From assembly GCA_047967505.1 (NCBI GenBank), contig CM106538.1: 64,000 bases of DNA; one strand, written 5' to 3'. This DNA is from Dipteris shenzhenensis. Its lineage: Eukaryota. Both the position numbers and the translations under genes were made by a program. This document shows positions 39,248 through 51,500 of this stretch, piece after piece (the stretch's first letter is position 1; every line of letters begins with the position of its first letter). The notes under the pieces were generated by a model, which saw only the letters and a list, made by a program, of their open reading frames with translations, made no database searches and was not told the origin of the DNA.

Positions 39248-42200
39248 ATGACATGAAAAAAAGGCAGAAAAGTTCAAGTGGCACATTCTACAAAGGTGAC
39301 AAGAGGAACAAAAGTAGATCACAATGTTGAATCATCAGTAGGTGGAACGGAAGAGCAAGAAAGTGTGGTGGGTCTAGAGGTTGAAGTATCATCAACTCAA
39401 AGAGATGAAGGTCCAAGAGTGGAGGAGGATGAGTTGGATGATAGTGAAGTTCAGGTGGAAGGAGGAGGTGATGTGATTGGCAAATGTAGGATGCTTGATT
39501 CAAACCAGTGTCCTCACATTCCCTTGTGTAGGTTGATACCTTATGCAAGAGTGAGGGGACTTCGTGATGATGTATCTTCACTCAAAAGTACATTTCAAGT
39601 GGAGGGCTATCTCCCAAAGAAAGGGTCTTTCATTGTATCTGTCTGCAAGAGTGATGGAGAGGAGATAGTTGTGACAGATGATATGAGGAAGAGTTGGTCT
39701 CCCACCTGGAGAGAGGTGGATGAGGAGTTTGAGAAAGATGTGATGTCTAACACTGACTTTCATTTTATGTCGCAAAAGATGTTATTTGTTTGGGAGGGCA
39801 ATCATAGGACCACTGCATGGATGAGTGTTATCAAGGAAATCTTTCCTACAAACAAGAAAAGACATGTACGAGTGGTATGCACAATAATTGACCCAAGGAA
39901 AATTAGTGAGATTGCTCTCTTGGCAGGGCTACAACGAATGAATTCGTAAGTACATGGACTCTTTGAATCTTCTCCACATTTGTGTTTTATGCTACTTTGC
40001 ATTTATTGATTGGGTTGTGTACTTTACTGTTTGTTTTCTAGCATGAATGAACATGCCATTATCAAACCCAGTCTAAGGGACATACTCATAAATGCACACA
40101 ACATTTGTGAGTGTGACTCTATGGTGTTTATGAAAACATTGTCTTCGAGTGAGATCAAATCAATAGAGAATTGGAGGGCTCAAGAGAGTAAAGGGAAGAA
40201 GCCATGGTTTCCATTGACAAGAGGTTATCTGGCAAGGCTTGTCTTCCAGGTAGAATGTTGCATTTGTATTGATGCTTACTTCTTTATCACTCCTTTGCTT
40301 TCTCTAATTGGAACTTATGTATGTAGGTTGAGTACAATACAGAGCTTAAAAAAGCAATGGACAAAATATCTACAAAGCTACCTTTAGATCAAAGAGGAGA
40401 GGCAGAAGGAAAGCAGCATACCATAATTCAAAAGAGAATTGCTGATAGGATGGGAAAGGTGTGAATTGAATTTTCTATACTTTGTTGCATTTATTTTGAA
40501 GTTAAGTGACTGACATGTCATCTTTGGATAGGTGTTGAATTGTATAGATCCTGGTCTTGGAGAGGCTTGGTTGGAAAAGTTGTTTGCCTTGCGCTTTGAT
40601 GGTGTGGACTCTTGCATGACATTGGAGAAGCTCCAACTCATTGCAAAGTATGATTTGAGATTAGAAAAAAAAAATATTTTCCTTTCTTTGTTAGAAGCCA
40701 CTAAACCTATGCGAGACATGTACTTCATGCCTGTGGGCGACCTTGAGTACAGAGGGTGTGTTTCTTCTACCAATACAAATCATCTTTCATGGTGTTTGTT
40801 TGTTTCTTGCCAATGACATGACTCTTATTTTTTTATTATAAAATAGCGTCAACTTTTACTTGTTTAGGTGGATTAGTAGAGAGATATTTTTGGAGAAGGT
40901 GGAGAGACAGTCATTGAAAGTGCTTGAAGATTTGAGGGTGATCACAACAATGGGCATGCCTTTGGATACCCCTAAGGATTACACATTGCAGCAATACATG
41001 GAGGATATAAAACTAGAGGGGAGAAAACATATGTTTGTGGTGCTAAGGTCAAAGGAAACAAAGATGGAGAGCAAGGGTGGAAAAAAAGGAGATGGACTAT
41101 CTGAGTTGGACATGGCTGCCCATAGGGTGGTTTATAGGTATGTTGTCAATTCATTCGAAGGTTCATTTTTCATTTGTCTATGTTTGTGCTATTGATTCAT
41201 GTAATTACACAATCATTGATGGTTGTTACACTTGATTTCTTGACCTTTTGATGGTTTGGGACATCCAATTTTTTTGTGTTTCTTGGTTGATAGATATCTC
41301 TCCCACTTGGCAATAGAGAAAAGGATCTCTGACATTCCAAATTTGTGCAAGATTTGGGTGGAGATTGGTCATGCTACATGCATGTATCCACCTGGCATGC
41401 ACCGTCTCTCTCAATGGGAATTAGCACATTGTCCCTGGTGGATAGATTTTCCTAAAGGACAAGTACAGGTGCGAGAAAGAGACTTGTACAATACTTATGC
41501 TTCACAAAAAGCCAATGAAGCAAGTAAGGACAAAGTGGAGGGAAGCTCAAGGAGAGATAAGAAAGAGAAAGAGAAACAAGAACATCCTACAAGAAAAGGT
41601 AAGGAAGATACAATATGATTGTTTGTTGATATTGTCTTCAATTTGTTTTGACATTGCATTAATAAGTTTATGATTGTTCTCTTTCTAGATGAGGGACCAT
41701 CTAGTCCTATGCGGCATGAAATGGATCACATAGAGAGTGCAGGTAAGGGTGTTGTTGTGTTCTGCATATGTAGTTGTTCCTTTAACACTAGTTTTACTTG
41801 TAATTAATTTGCTTTTGCATATAGGTGGAGAATCAATCTCGGGACTTGTGAAGCAATACGTGTTTCATCGATCACAGTCACCTGACATTTCCTTGGCCCG
41901 TGGCATCACACCTTTGTTTGCTTGTATAGTTGGAGATTACATTGCAATGGGCAAAGACTTTGCTGACTCTAAAAGAAATGATAAGTATGCTATTTTGCAT
42001 GAGTTTTTTATTACAGTGGCTAGTCGAGATCAGGACTACAAGAGAATGGGTAAGAAGGTGAAGTGGGCTTCAGATTTTATATTGCTCGATTTTCCATCTG
42101 GCTATCCACTTGATGAGAGAGGATCCACTCCTACTTGGAATGTCTTGCTGAGGACCATGTGCGGCATGGGCTTGCAGTTGCATCAGCTTCTTTGTCTGAT

Positions 42201-43092
42201 AGTGGTTGGTTGGCATGCATATGTCCTTTGGCAGGTAAGGCACAATAGCACAATTGACATTTCACATTTTTTGTTTCCATTCTACTAGTTTTAAATAAAA
42301 TTAATTGCTTGTAGGACAATGTATTGGTTGGATGGAACGATTTGCATATGTCCAGGGCTTGGAGGTTGTCAGACGTGTGATCATTCATGACAAGTTTCCA
42401 TATGGATTTTGTAGAGAACATGATAAAAGTGTTAAGGTAAGCTACCATTCCATGCATTCTATGTTTGCATTCCATGATAAAAGTGTCTTTGACAAATGTC
42501 TCCTTGTTAGTCCTATGCATGCTATGTTTGGAAGGATAAGTCCTATGCATGCTATCTTTGCCATCTTTCATGCTATAATGCTTGCTAGTTGAAGTCAATA
42601 TACTATACATGTTTTTCTCCATGTGGTTTCCAGATGCAATCTTCAGTATTAGCTCTAATACGTAGAGCAAAGAAGAATCCAATAGTTTTTTGGGAGGAGA
42701 GCTTTCCACTTTTCCAATAGCTTTTGATTGATCCACGTGAAGATGTCTGGACTCATTACATACCTCCCTCTGCAAGGACAATCGTGCCGATGTCTTCTCA
42801 GCTAGCACGAGGTGGACTAGAGAGGAGTAGTTTTTTTGTAGGTTGCATTATGTCTCTTCTCTGTGTTCCTGGAGGGCTGGTTCTAGAGATGGGTTGTGGT
42901 ACAGCCCCTCTTATGCATGCTTGTCAGGCCATTGGCAAGCCTTGTTTTTCATTTGATTCAGACAACGGTATTATGGCTAGCATTGTTGAGCCACTTGTGG
43001 CAGATCATTTTGGAAAACGAATCAGGTCAGAGCATGATGGAGAGGGGGAAGAAGAGAGAGTGGAACCTGTCACAAACCCCTTTGATGAGTAG
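39248..43092 (+). pseudogene. 10-exon ParB/Sulfiredoxin-like + beta-class N6A/N4C DNA methyltransferase-like gene (~960 codons; 2 stops, 1 frameshift)
   Basis: GT-AG exons in compatible phase: 39248-39945, 40042-40249, 40327-40458, 40532-40755, 40868-41137, 41294-41598, 41689-41742, 41825-42234, 42315-42436, 42634-43092. ParB-like IPLCRL..R..LKSTF..GY..FIV..VWEGNHR. MTase-like FILLDFPSG ... LSDSGWL ... ERS..VPGGLVLEMGCGTA..GKPCFSFD. Confidence 0.8.
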
Positions 43093-43850
43093 TATGCTAC
43101 TGGCCCTGAGTTTTTTTGTTATATATTTTGAATGCTAAAATTGAGGACTTTGAAAGTGTTATTTAGCATCTTTATAATATGGTAGATAGTGAACATTTAT
43201 GGGTGCCTTTGAATCAAGAAAGTACAAATTTTGGTGCTTTGGATAGTGTTTGTAAGGCCTTGATCTAGCAATTGATTTTTTTTGCTTTTTGTTGGTAGTG
43301 AATTGTCTTTTGTATAACACATAAGGATGGCAAGTTCTTCTTATTGGAAATTATTTTCATTGTTCCACTTTGACTTACTTTCCTTTGAAATGTATGTTTT
43401 GTTGTAGTTTGTTGCCATGCTATGCAAAAAAATGGCAAGATTCATGATAGCCGACAAGAGATATGATGAGTGGCAATTAGATAAACCACATGCGCGCAAC
43501 TACTTTCTTGATGATGAATGTCAAGGGGATTAGAACATGGTTTAAAACACCATTTTGTTCATAGACTGATAATTGTTGTGGTGAACCATGGATACATTTG
43601 GAAAGTTTTGGTCTAGTGCATTTTGCAGGTGAAGTGGTATTTCAATAGTCATCTATGTTATGAGTTTGGTAATTAGTTTATGTTCTTCAAGTGAAAGATA
43701 GGGTGGATTGTAAGTTTGATTATTGGTATGCTTATTATGACAACATCTTGCTATAGTAAGTTCGGTTTCAAATTTGTTCTCATCGGAGGAATTGTAAAAA
43801 AACTCGCTCGCTTCATTGGGCCCGCTCGCTTTTTCTCGCTCGCTCTATTG

Positions 43851-44336
43851 ACTACCTCCATTTTAGGGTGAATCTAGATAGCAAAACCAACAACTATCCA
43901 TGTTTTAAGACCACTATGCACTAGCCCCAATAGTTTGGATTCCAAATTTTCAATCCATTTTGGTTTTCAACAAATCAAAAAAAAGTTATGGAGCGTGCCC
44001 TCAAATGGGTATGCATCACTTTAGCACAACATTGGAGGCTCGTTAACCCATGCATTTTGATGTTTTTGAATAAATTGCTATATTCAATAGTCTTCAAGAT
44101 GCATGCTTCACATGCAACATAGCACTTGTAATGCTTTAATGGTCTCATTCCAAATCCTTATTCCATAATTTTTTACTCTCATGTTCAAGTTTGGAATATG
44201 TACTGCAACTTGAAGATAAAGTTTGCCGAATTTCATTGAGCAATGCATATTAAGTTATGGCTCATGCAAGATACCTATACATAAAAAAGTCCCTGAACCT
44301 CACCAAAAATGGCTACACCCAAGCAAACAATGACCC
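43851..44336 (-). repeat. Right terminal inverted repeat of Sola2 element
   Basis: Ends GTCCCTGAACCTCACCAAAAATGGCTACACCCAAGCAAACAATGACCC, the reverse complement of the left TIR. Confidence 0.9.
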
Positions 44337-45450
44337 ATTGAAGTAGGATGAAGCACATAAGGGAAAAGCAAAGAATCAAACATACAAAAGATGAGGAGGA
44401 TAAAGCGGAATAAAGTGATTGCATATGTGTGGTACAAAGATTGTGGAATAAAGGAGAGTGGATGCAATAAAGTTTTTCAGAATTATTATTTCGAAATATA
44501 TTGGAGTGTGTGATATATATTGGCTTATTGGTACCGTTAATTTTTTGAATAGAAGTGAATGTGATTGTAGCTTGTTTGTACCCTAAATGTTTTTACATTT
44601 CTTGAATGAGTGCCTTAATATGATTTGTAATGTGTTTTATATGGGGCTCCCATATTTGGTTGTTTTTTTTCAATAGATTATAAATGGACTGCCCTCCTCC
44701 CCGATAGTCTTCCCTAAACCTCAACCCGCTTCCCCATGTTGCCACCATTCAGCACATGGATACTCTGCTATCACATGTAGCAAAAACAATTTTGCATGAT
44801 GCAAATTGGATAAAGTTAAATGTCGAAGTACAAGCATGTGGGTGGGTTTGAGACTGATCATCAAGGGAGCATCATTACTTGAGGGTCACAAGAACCAACC
44901 TATGGGATGTCTGCAAGCTTTGGAGAGACCGCTTCATGCCACAAATTACCAAGGAGGAGACTGTGAAAGACCATGGATTGTGTAGACATCTTCTTGGACC
45001 GTGGGTACATCATCTAAGAAGAGTTTCAGTAGATATTAGAAGACGTAAAAGATGAGATCAGGATTGACCCATCTAGCCATGAGGAAGAGGACATTACGAG
45101 TGATAGTAATGTAGAGCAATAGACCTCCTCTGTCTTTAGCATATGCATGAGAATGTATCTTTTGGAGACAAATTTTGTTTATGAATACTCTTCTATATGA
45201 AATTATATGAACACTCTTTTAAAGATAAATTTTGTATATGAATACTCTTTCGTATATATATGGTAATGTTTTTTAAATAGTAAATTGTCTTTTAAGTAAA
45301 GTGTAAGTAGTAAATTGAGTTTTAAGTAGTAAATTGTCTAAGTAAAGTGTAAGTATTTATTGCTTTCTTTGCTTCTTACCCGCTCTTGTGTTTGTTTTCT
45401 TGTTTGTGTCTATGTTTGTCCAATCCCCCAAAATTACATTAGGGGAGAAT

Positions 45451-48139
45451 TGGGGTCTCAAAAGGGCCTCATAAGGAATGGATTAGTGAGCTAATGCAAG
45501 GGGCTTGGAGGGTCCCAAAGAGGCCTAACCAACCCAACCTAGGTGGGTTAAGCCCACATTTGAGCCCACCTCTCCCTACATCAATGAGGGGAGGGGGCCA
45601 CTTTTTGAAATTTGAATTTTAAATTTTGAATCTCCCTCCCTCCCTCTCTCTCTCTCTCTCCCTCCCCCTCCTCCCTCCCTCTCCCTCCCCCTCCTCCCTC
45701 CCTCCTCCCTCCCTCCCTCCCTCCACCTCCCTCCCTCCTCCTCCCTCTCCCTCTCCGTCCCTCCCCCTCCCTCCCTCTCTCCCCTCCTCTGTCTTACTCC
45801 TCCTCCCTCCTCTCTCTCCCCTCCTCCTCCTTCTGGCTCCTCCTCCCTCCTCTCTACCCTCCTTCTCCATCCACCCAAGCCCGTCTCCTCTCCCTCTTGT
45901 AGAATCTCTCCCCTCCTCCTCCCTCCTATAGCATCTCTCCCCTCCTCCTCCCTTTTGCAGCAGATCCTTCCCTCCTACACCTATTGCCCTACTCTCCTCT
46001 TCCTCTTCCTCTTGCCTTGATTTGCTTCTCCTCCTCCCTCTTCCTTGCTACTCTTTTGAAAATGTCAAAATACACAATTGTTCCATCCCACATTGTTTAC
46101 AATCTTCAATATTGCAGGACAGATAAAAGTGGCACTATGCATGTGCTTCTCTGCACACTTTCCTACCTTTTCACCATTTAAGGTAAAGTGAAAGGACTCA
46201 GACATGCCATCCTCCATGACCAATAGGTGTTCCCACACGTCCCTAAGAGTCCACTGTGACGTGACAATCACATTCTTGACATCTCCTAAATGAGAACCAA
46301 TACATAAACTTACCCCTATATTATCATCATTGTTAGAGTTAAGGGGGAGCCAATTGCCACCTGTTTTCTTCTAACACCTATATTGGAAGGAAAAATATAA
46401 CATTTGGTAGGAGATGTGGTACAACCACATTGTCCTTACATACATGGCATTGAAATAGATCACCCTTTTGTTCACCTGGCCTGCTTCCCCAATTCACCCC
46501 AGGCAATTCCTCAAGGGCATTCTCATGTAGGCACTTGCATGACCACATGGTTTTTGTTCTATGCATCTAGATATTCTAAGAACAAGAAGCAAAAATGTGC
46601 AAAGGCATAAACCAAGACAACCTTACCCATTTAGAGTCAAATGTAAACTTCATGGCCATGCCCACATCGTTTGTAATCTTTTACTTGTATGATTACACTG
46701 TTCTTGTGTCTACCATGCTGCAATCCATGTCTTCAAGTTGTGGTGTTGCAATGCATTTAAGATGGCCATAGCCTGATGCCGTCCTTGGAGTAATGTACTT
46801 GGCATTATACCAATAGATATTTCTCTATTTCAAATCAGAGGACATCTCTCCACCATGCATTTGCCTTCCTAAATCCTCATGAATGGTAGTAACTTACCTA
46901 AGAAGCACTCGACTGGTTCCCACTCCTCAAAGTCTGAAGGAAATACATATACTATGCATAAGTTCTATTTCAAAATACAATTTCAAACTGACTCATTACA
47001 CGTCCTATTTCAAAATACAATTTCAAACAGACTCATTACATTTTGAAATCTTACACAAAATGCATACTTACAATGCGATGGTATTGTCGATTAATTACTT
47101 GATGGAGGAAGGCGCATGTCCTTCCCCATGTAGATGTGTTGTACCTTTGCAAGCCATCCTTTCCTCCCAAGCTTGAACTTCATGATGCGGCCCTTTCATT
47201 CATGCAAAAGATCACCTCTTTTGATCTTGGGAAGCTTATGTGGACCCTTGGTAGATCCTCTCATGACTATCCAATCATTCAAGCTATAGGTGCAAGGCAC
47301 CCATTCACCCAGTGCATTTTTGCTCCTATGGGACATAGAGTACATGTATGGTCTCCTCACCATGCTTGTATAGAGGTCACAACAGCAATAGTGGACTAGA
47401 AAGTGTAGCTTGGAGGGAGAGAGCAGCTCCGATAGAGGGAGGGAGAGGGAGAAAGTATAGAGGGTGCAACTAAAGGTTGAGAGAAGCTCCAAGAGGTGTT
47501 GTAGCTAGGAATGGAGGGAGAAAGAGCAAAGGCGGATGAGCAGCTGCTCCAGGAGGTGTTGTAGCTAGGAATGGATGGAGAAAGAGTAGAGGGGGATGAG
47601 CAGCCACTGAGGTACTGTAGCTAGGAATGGAGGGAGAAAGAGTAGAGGCTACTGCTCTAGGAGGTGTTGTAGCTAGGAATGGAGAGAGAATGAGCAGTTG
47701 CTATAGGAGGTGCTGGAGAGGGAGAAAGACAATGGAATGGAGCTGGAGGGGGTAGAGAAGCTGCCAAATGAGTTCCCACATTTGAAAAATGGAGGGAGAA
47801 TGGAGCTGGACTAGAGAAGAGGAGGGGGTAGGCCTGTAACAAGGTGAGAGGGAGGGGAAATTTACCCAGAAGGGCCCACCACCTCTTGAGTAACTTGTAG
47901 GTTTGTTTGGGGGAGGTGCATATGGGAGGAGGGTCAAGCATGGGTTGAGGGGGGGGGATGGTTTGAGTGGTCCCCGATGTAAGAGGACTAGCCAATAGGG
48001 GCTGTTTATAGGTCTACCCACCCTCCACCTCCACATGGCATTGCCCTACAAAAAGGAGCACTCCCATTGAAACACCTCAAATACCTCACTAATCCCTTCA
48101 AATTAGTAAACACTAATTGGGGGTGCTTTGGAGACCTCA
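45451..48139. mobile_element. LTR-like remnants: TGGGGTCTCAAAAG start after a purine tract, and a related start on the minus strand at 48139
   Basis: AGGGGAGAAT precedes TG at 45451. The reverse complement of the 48139 end reads TGAGGTCTCCAAAG...GGATTAGTGAG. Both sides carry CT-rich tracts. Confidence 0.35.
45630..45960. repeat. CT/CCT-rich low-complexity tract
   Basis: Seen directly. Confidence 0.85.
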
Positions 48140-48521
48140 ATTCTATTAGATATGCTCAATGCCTCACCCTTCTGGTAATATAACCACCAGTGGTCCAAGG
48201 TGCTCAAGTTGTAAGTCCCCCATATGAGGAGAAGCCTTGTGTGAGCTCGAGACACTGGATGGATCCTGACTTGCATGTCAGATGAGGTCTATCAATGAGA
48301 CCGTTGATGGTAGAACGGTGATCTATGTGAGTCTAGCCTATGGCTAGGCAGGGTAGGTAAGTTGGTAGCACAATGAGGCACATTGTCTTGATTGTGTGGG
48401 AGCCCCTTGCTCTCACTCGGGTCTAGGGGCTAGCTTGCCTCCAACTGGGGGGTCCCCAGGGGGGCCAACAGCCCCCCTGCTGGGGGTTCCGGGGTGACGA
48501 GAGCCCCTAAGGTGAAGGTAT

Positions 48522-51500
48522 CTCGGGGGGTCCATCTCGAAAATGTAAGTATACTATAAGAGCTCAAAATGAGGGGTATTTTAATTCTCAAGAATTACAG
48601 AAATATATTTATAGCAGGGGTAATTTTATACATCATTTTTAAATTAACAAGTAGGGTGAGTTTATTCTCAAATCCAGATTAAAAGTTATTTTTCAAAAAT
48701 TTTCTCGTCTGGGATGATGTATAAGAGTAGTCATAATTTGTTGATGGGTAGCTCAAAGTTTTAATGGCGCCCTCTCGCAGTCATGATAATAAGATATTGG
48801 TGTTAGATTCAGCGATAAACACACACACACACACACACAGAGGTCTCAAATTGTATCTTTTAAGCTATGCTTTGAGATAGTGGCAATTTAGTAACTTAAT
48901 GTCAAGCTCTGCAAAGCGGATAAAGTGTGTTTGAAAGAACATTTGAATGTGGAATGGGCTTAAGGACAATTCTACTACAGGATGTTATTACTTAAGAACA
49001 TTTGTAGCTGGGTACTCTTCAAAACTTAGCACCACTTAGATCATGCTGCTATAATGCATGCTTTCAAGGTATGTGGAAGATGTGTTCTAACAAAGCACCC
49101 TTTCATGTTGGGAACATATCACACTAGTTCCATCAAATGATTGTCATGTTTATGATCCTTCAATCAAAGATGCAACATATCAAGTTCACCATGATGTGTT
49201 GAGCGATGCTCTTGAAATTTGTGATGTTGTTGTGATCCTTCAAGCGATTGTGATGTTGGTGATCCTTCAAAGTTCAAGCAAAGATGTAGCATATGAAGTT
49301 ACCATAATACATTGAGAAATTCTCTTGATATAGGAGACAAGTTTTTGTGGTGAATGCTGAGGTTTAAAATATTGATGAGCATGCTAGTTCTTCTCCATCT
49401 AAAGTGCACTACTATCAAGCATATGACTAATCATACTTTGAAGAATGGATGGAATAATGTTATTGAACGAAATTCACACTTTGAGAAAGGGTTTTACTAC
49501 CAAGAGCTAAGAGATTTGATGTTTCAAATTGCTTGATCAAAATCCTAAAGGATCTAGATACTCAAATCAATGGCATTTAATGCTATAAAGTTTCCGATGG
49601 AGGTTGTTGAAGGTGATAGTGTAGTATTCAAGATTTTTTGAAATTGGACGTGAGGCTACATGGATGAGATGGTTTGTGACAAATCTTGGAGTATGCAGAT
49701 TCGATGCTAGATCTTAGTGTAGTCTAAGGATGATCCCATGATGATATTTTTTGACGATCAAATTTCCATTACATTGGAAAGAACCCAAGGATTCAACATC
49801 AAAACATAATGGAATTGGGTTTGAAAACTATTTCTTGGAGAACACAGTGTGTGGATAAAAATGTAAATATGTTTTTTGCTTGTTGCATGCTGAGGGGTAG
49901 GTGCATAGCTATGTACATAGCTCATGGACCGTTGTGGCTTTGAGTTATGGACACACTCATAAAAGACTCTACACTGATGTATATATTTACTTGAGATGGT
50001 AGATACTTCTGCAGGGACTCTCGAGAAATGATGATGTGCAATATGTATAGCAATGAAATCTACTTGAGATGAAGAATCTATGGATGAGAATAGCAATGAA
50101 AGCAAAGAGGTTACTGCACTTAGTGAGATTAGACATGAAATTGATGACATTTTGAAGGAAACAAGAAACACGCCCCTTAAGAAAAGCATTAGCCCCATTG
50201 TAGAGGTGGACGGAAAGTTTATTTTCAAGTCAACATTGGTGAGCCAACTCAATGGATGTCCAACCTTGTCAAAAGATAGACTCACAAGGGCAAAGCAAGG
50301 TGTTTACTTCAACCATGAAGCAAAAGCACAATCATCAAATGGAAATTTATTTGGCATAGGTTGTGACTGTGCTATATACTTTCATGATGACACAAAAGGA
50401 CAAGGAAATCAACACATGAAAAGAAATGGCAAAGCTACAATCACGAGGAAGATGGATGCAACTCATGGTACATGGTACTTAGGAAGAGTTCAAAAGATGA
50501 GGAAGAAAGTCAAAGGGAGGTACGCGGATTATAAGCGTGGATTTGATTTAGCAGATAGGCCCCAAGGTTTGGAAGTTCAGCTTGGATGGTGTCAAAGGGC
50601 AAAAGGAGCACAAATGTTCACTTATGATTTGACAGACTTAAACATGGTGGACATTGAAACAATTATTGCATTAGCAAATTTGACATATATTGTAAGAACA
50701 GACAAGTACTAGCTAGATGATAATGACTACAAAGTTTTTAATGACTTCTTGAAAAGTGCTAGGTAAGTTTACTTTGCATTTTTCTTGCAAGGTGAAACTT
50801 TCCAAAATGTCTTATAATGAGCTAGATCTCATCTTTGGCTAATTTTGGTTTCAGATAATGATATGTCACATGTATCATATAAGAAGTTGGGCTAGTTCTT
50901 GAGGCAAAATTCTACATTTTTTGTAAGTCAAATACCTTAAGATAAACTTAAATACAAACTTTTCTTGAGATATAATTCTATATTTTTGGTAAGTCAAGTA
51001 ATTTAGATAAACTTGAGTGCGAACATTTTCTAGCTTTATCTACTTAGATTAATCATGCAAAATTCTTGATTCTTGTTGGTGAATAAACAGGGCAATACTA
51101 GATGGAGGGTCAAATTTGGAAGCCAAGTGGCCTATTTTAGGGCCCTCCCTTGGCTATCATCTTTACACTATAAACAAGATAATTCCACATCCTCCATGTT
51201 ATCCAGCTGAGGTCATTCAAGGATCCATCAATGAGGAGGAGAAGTCTATGTAGCAACCTTTAGTCTATCTATCTCTAGCTGATTTTTTGCCATGTCTAAG
51301 TCTAAGGTTTTGATTAAACTCTTGATGACAAGTCTTGGTTGTAACTTGTATCTATTTTTAGATATCAATATGCTTGTACTTTGGATCCAATTCTACCTTT
51401 TCATTTGGTACTTTTGATGAAATTTGGCTATAGCTTGTGACCCTCGGTTGTGTGCTAGAGTCTAAATATCAAATTGAGCATCTACAAAATAGAGTTTATC

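Larger units (their letters stand above)
19452..44336 (+). mobile_element. Giant Sola2-type DNA transposon delimited by ~0.5 kb TIRs, with cargo and nested insertions
   Basis: 19452-20032 is the reverse complement of 43851-44336 (roughly 85-90% by eye, plus a ~95 bp indel). The right terminus ends in CCC, matching the GRG-type end of Sola2. A Sola2 transposase lies just inside the left TIR. No matching TSD was seen. Confidence 0.72.

Noticed and set aside
43286-43300. TTTTGTTGGTAGTG as the missing CACTA partner end
   Set aside because: Imperfect match, no subterminal repeats, and the flank AAT does not match the expected TSD TGT.
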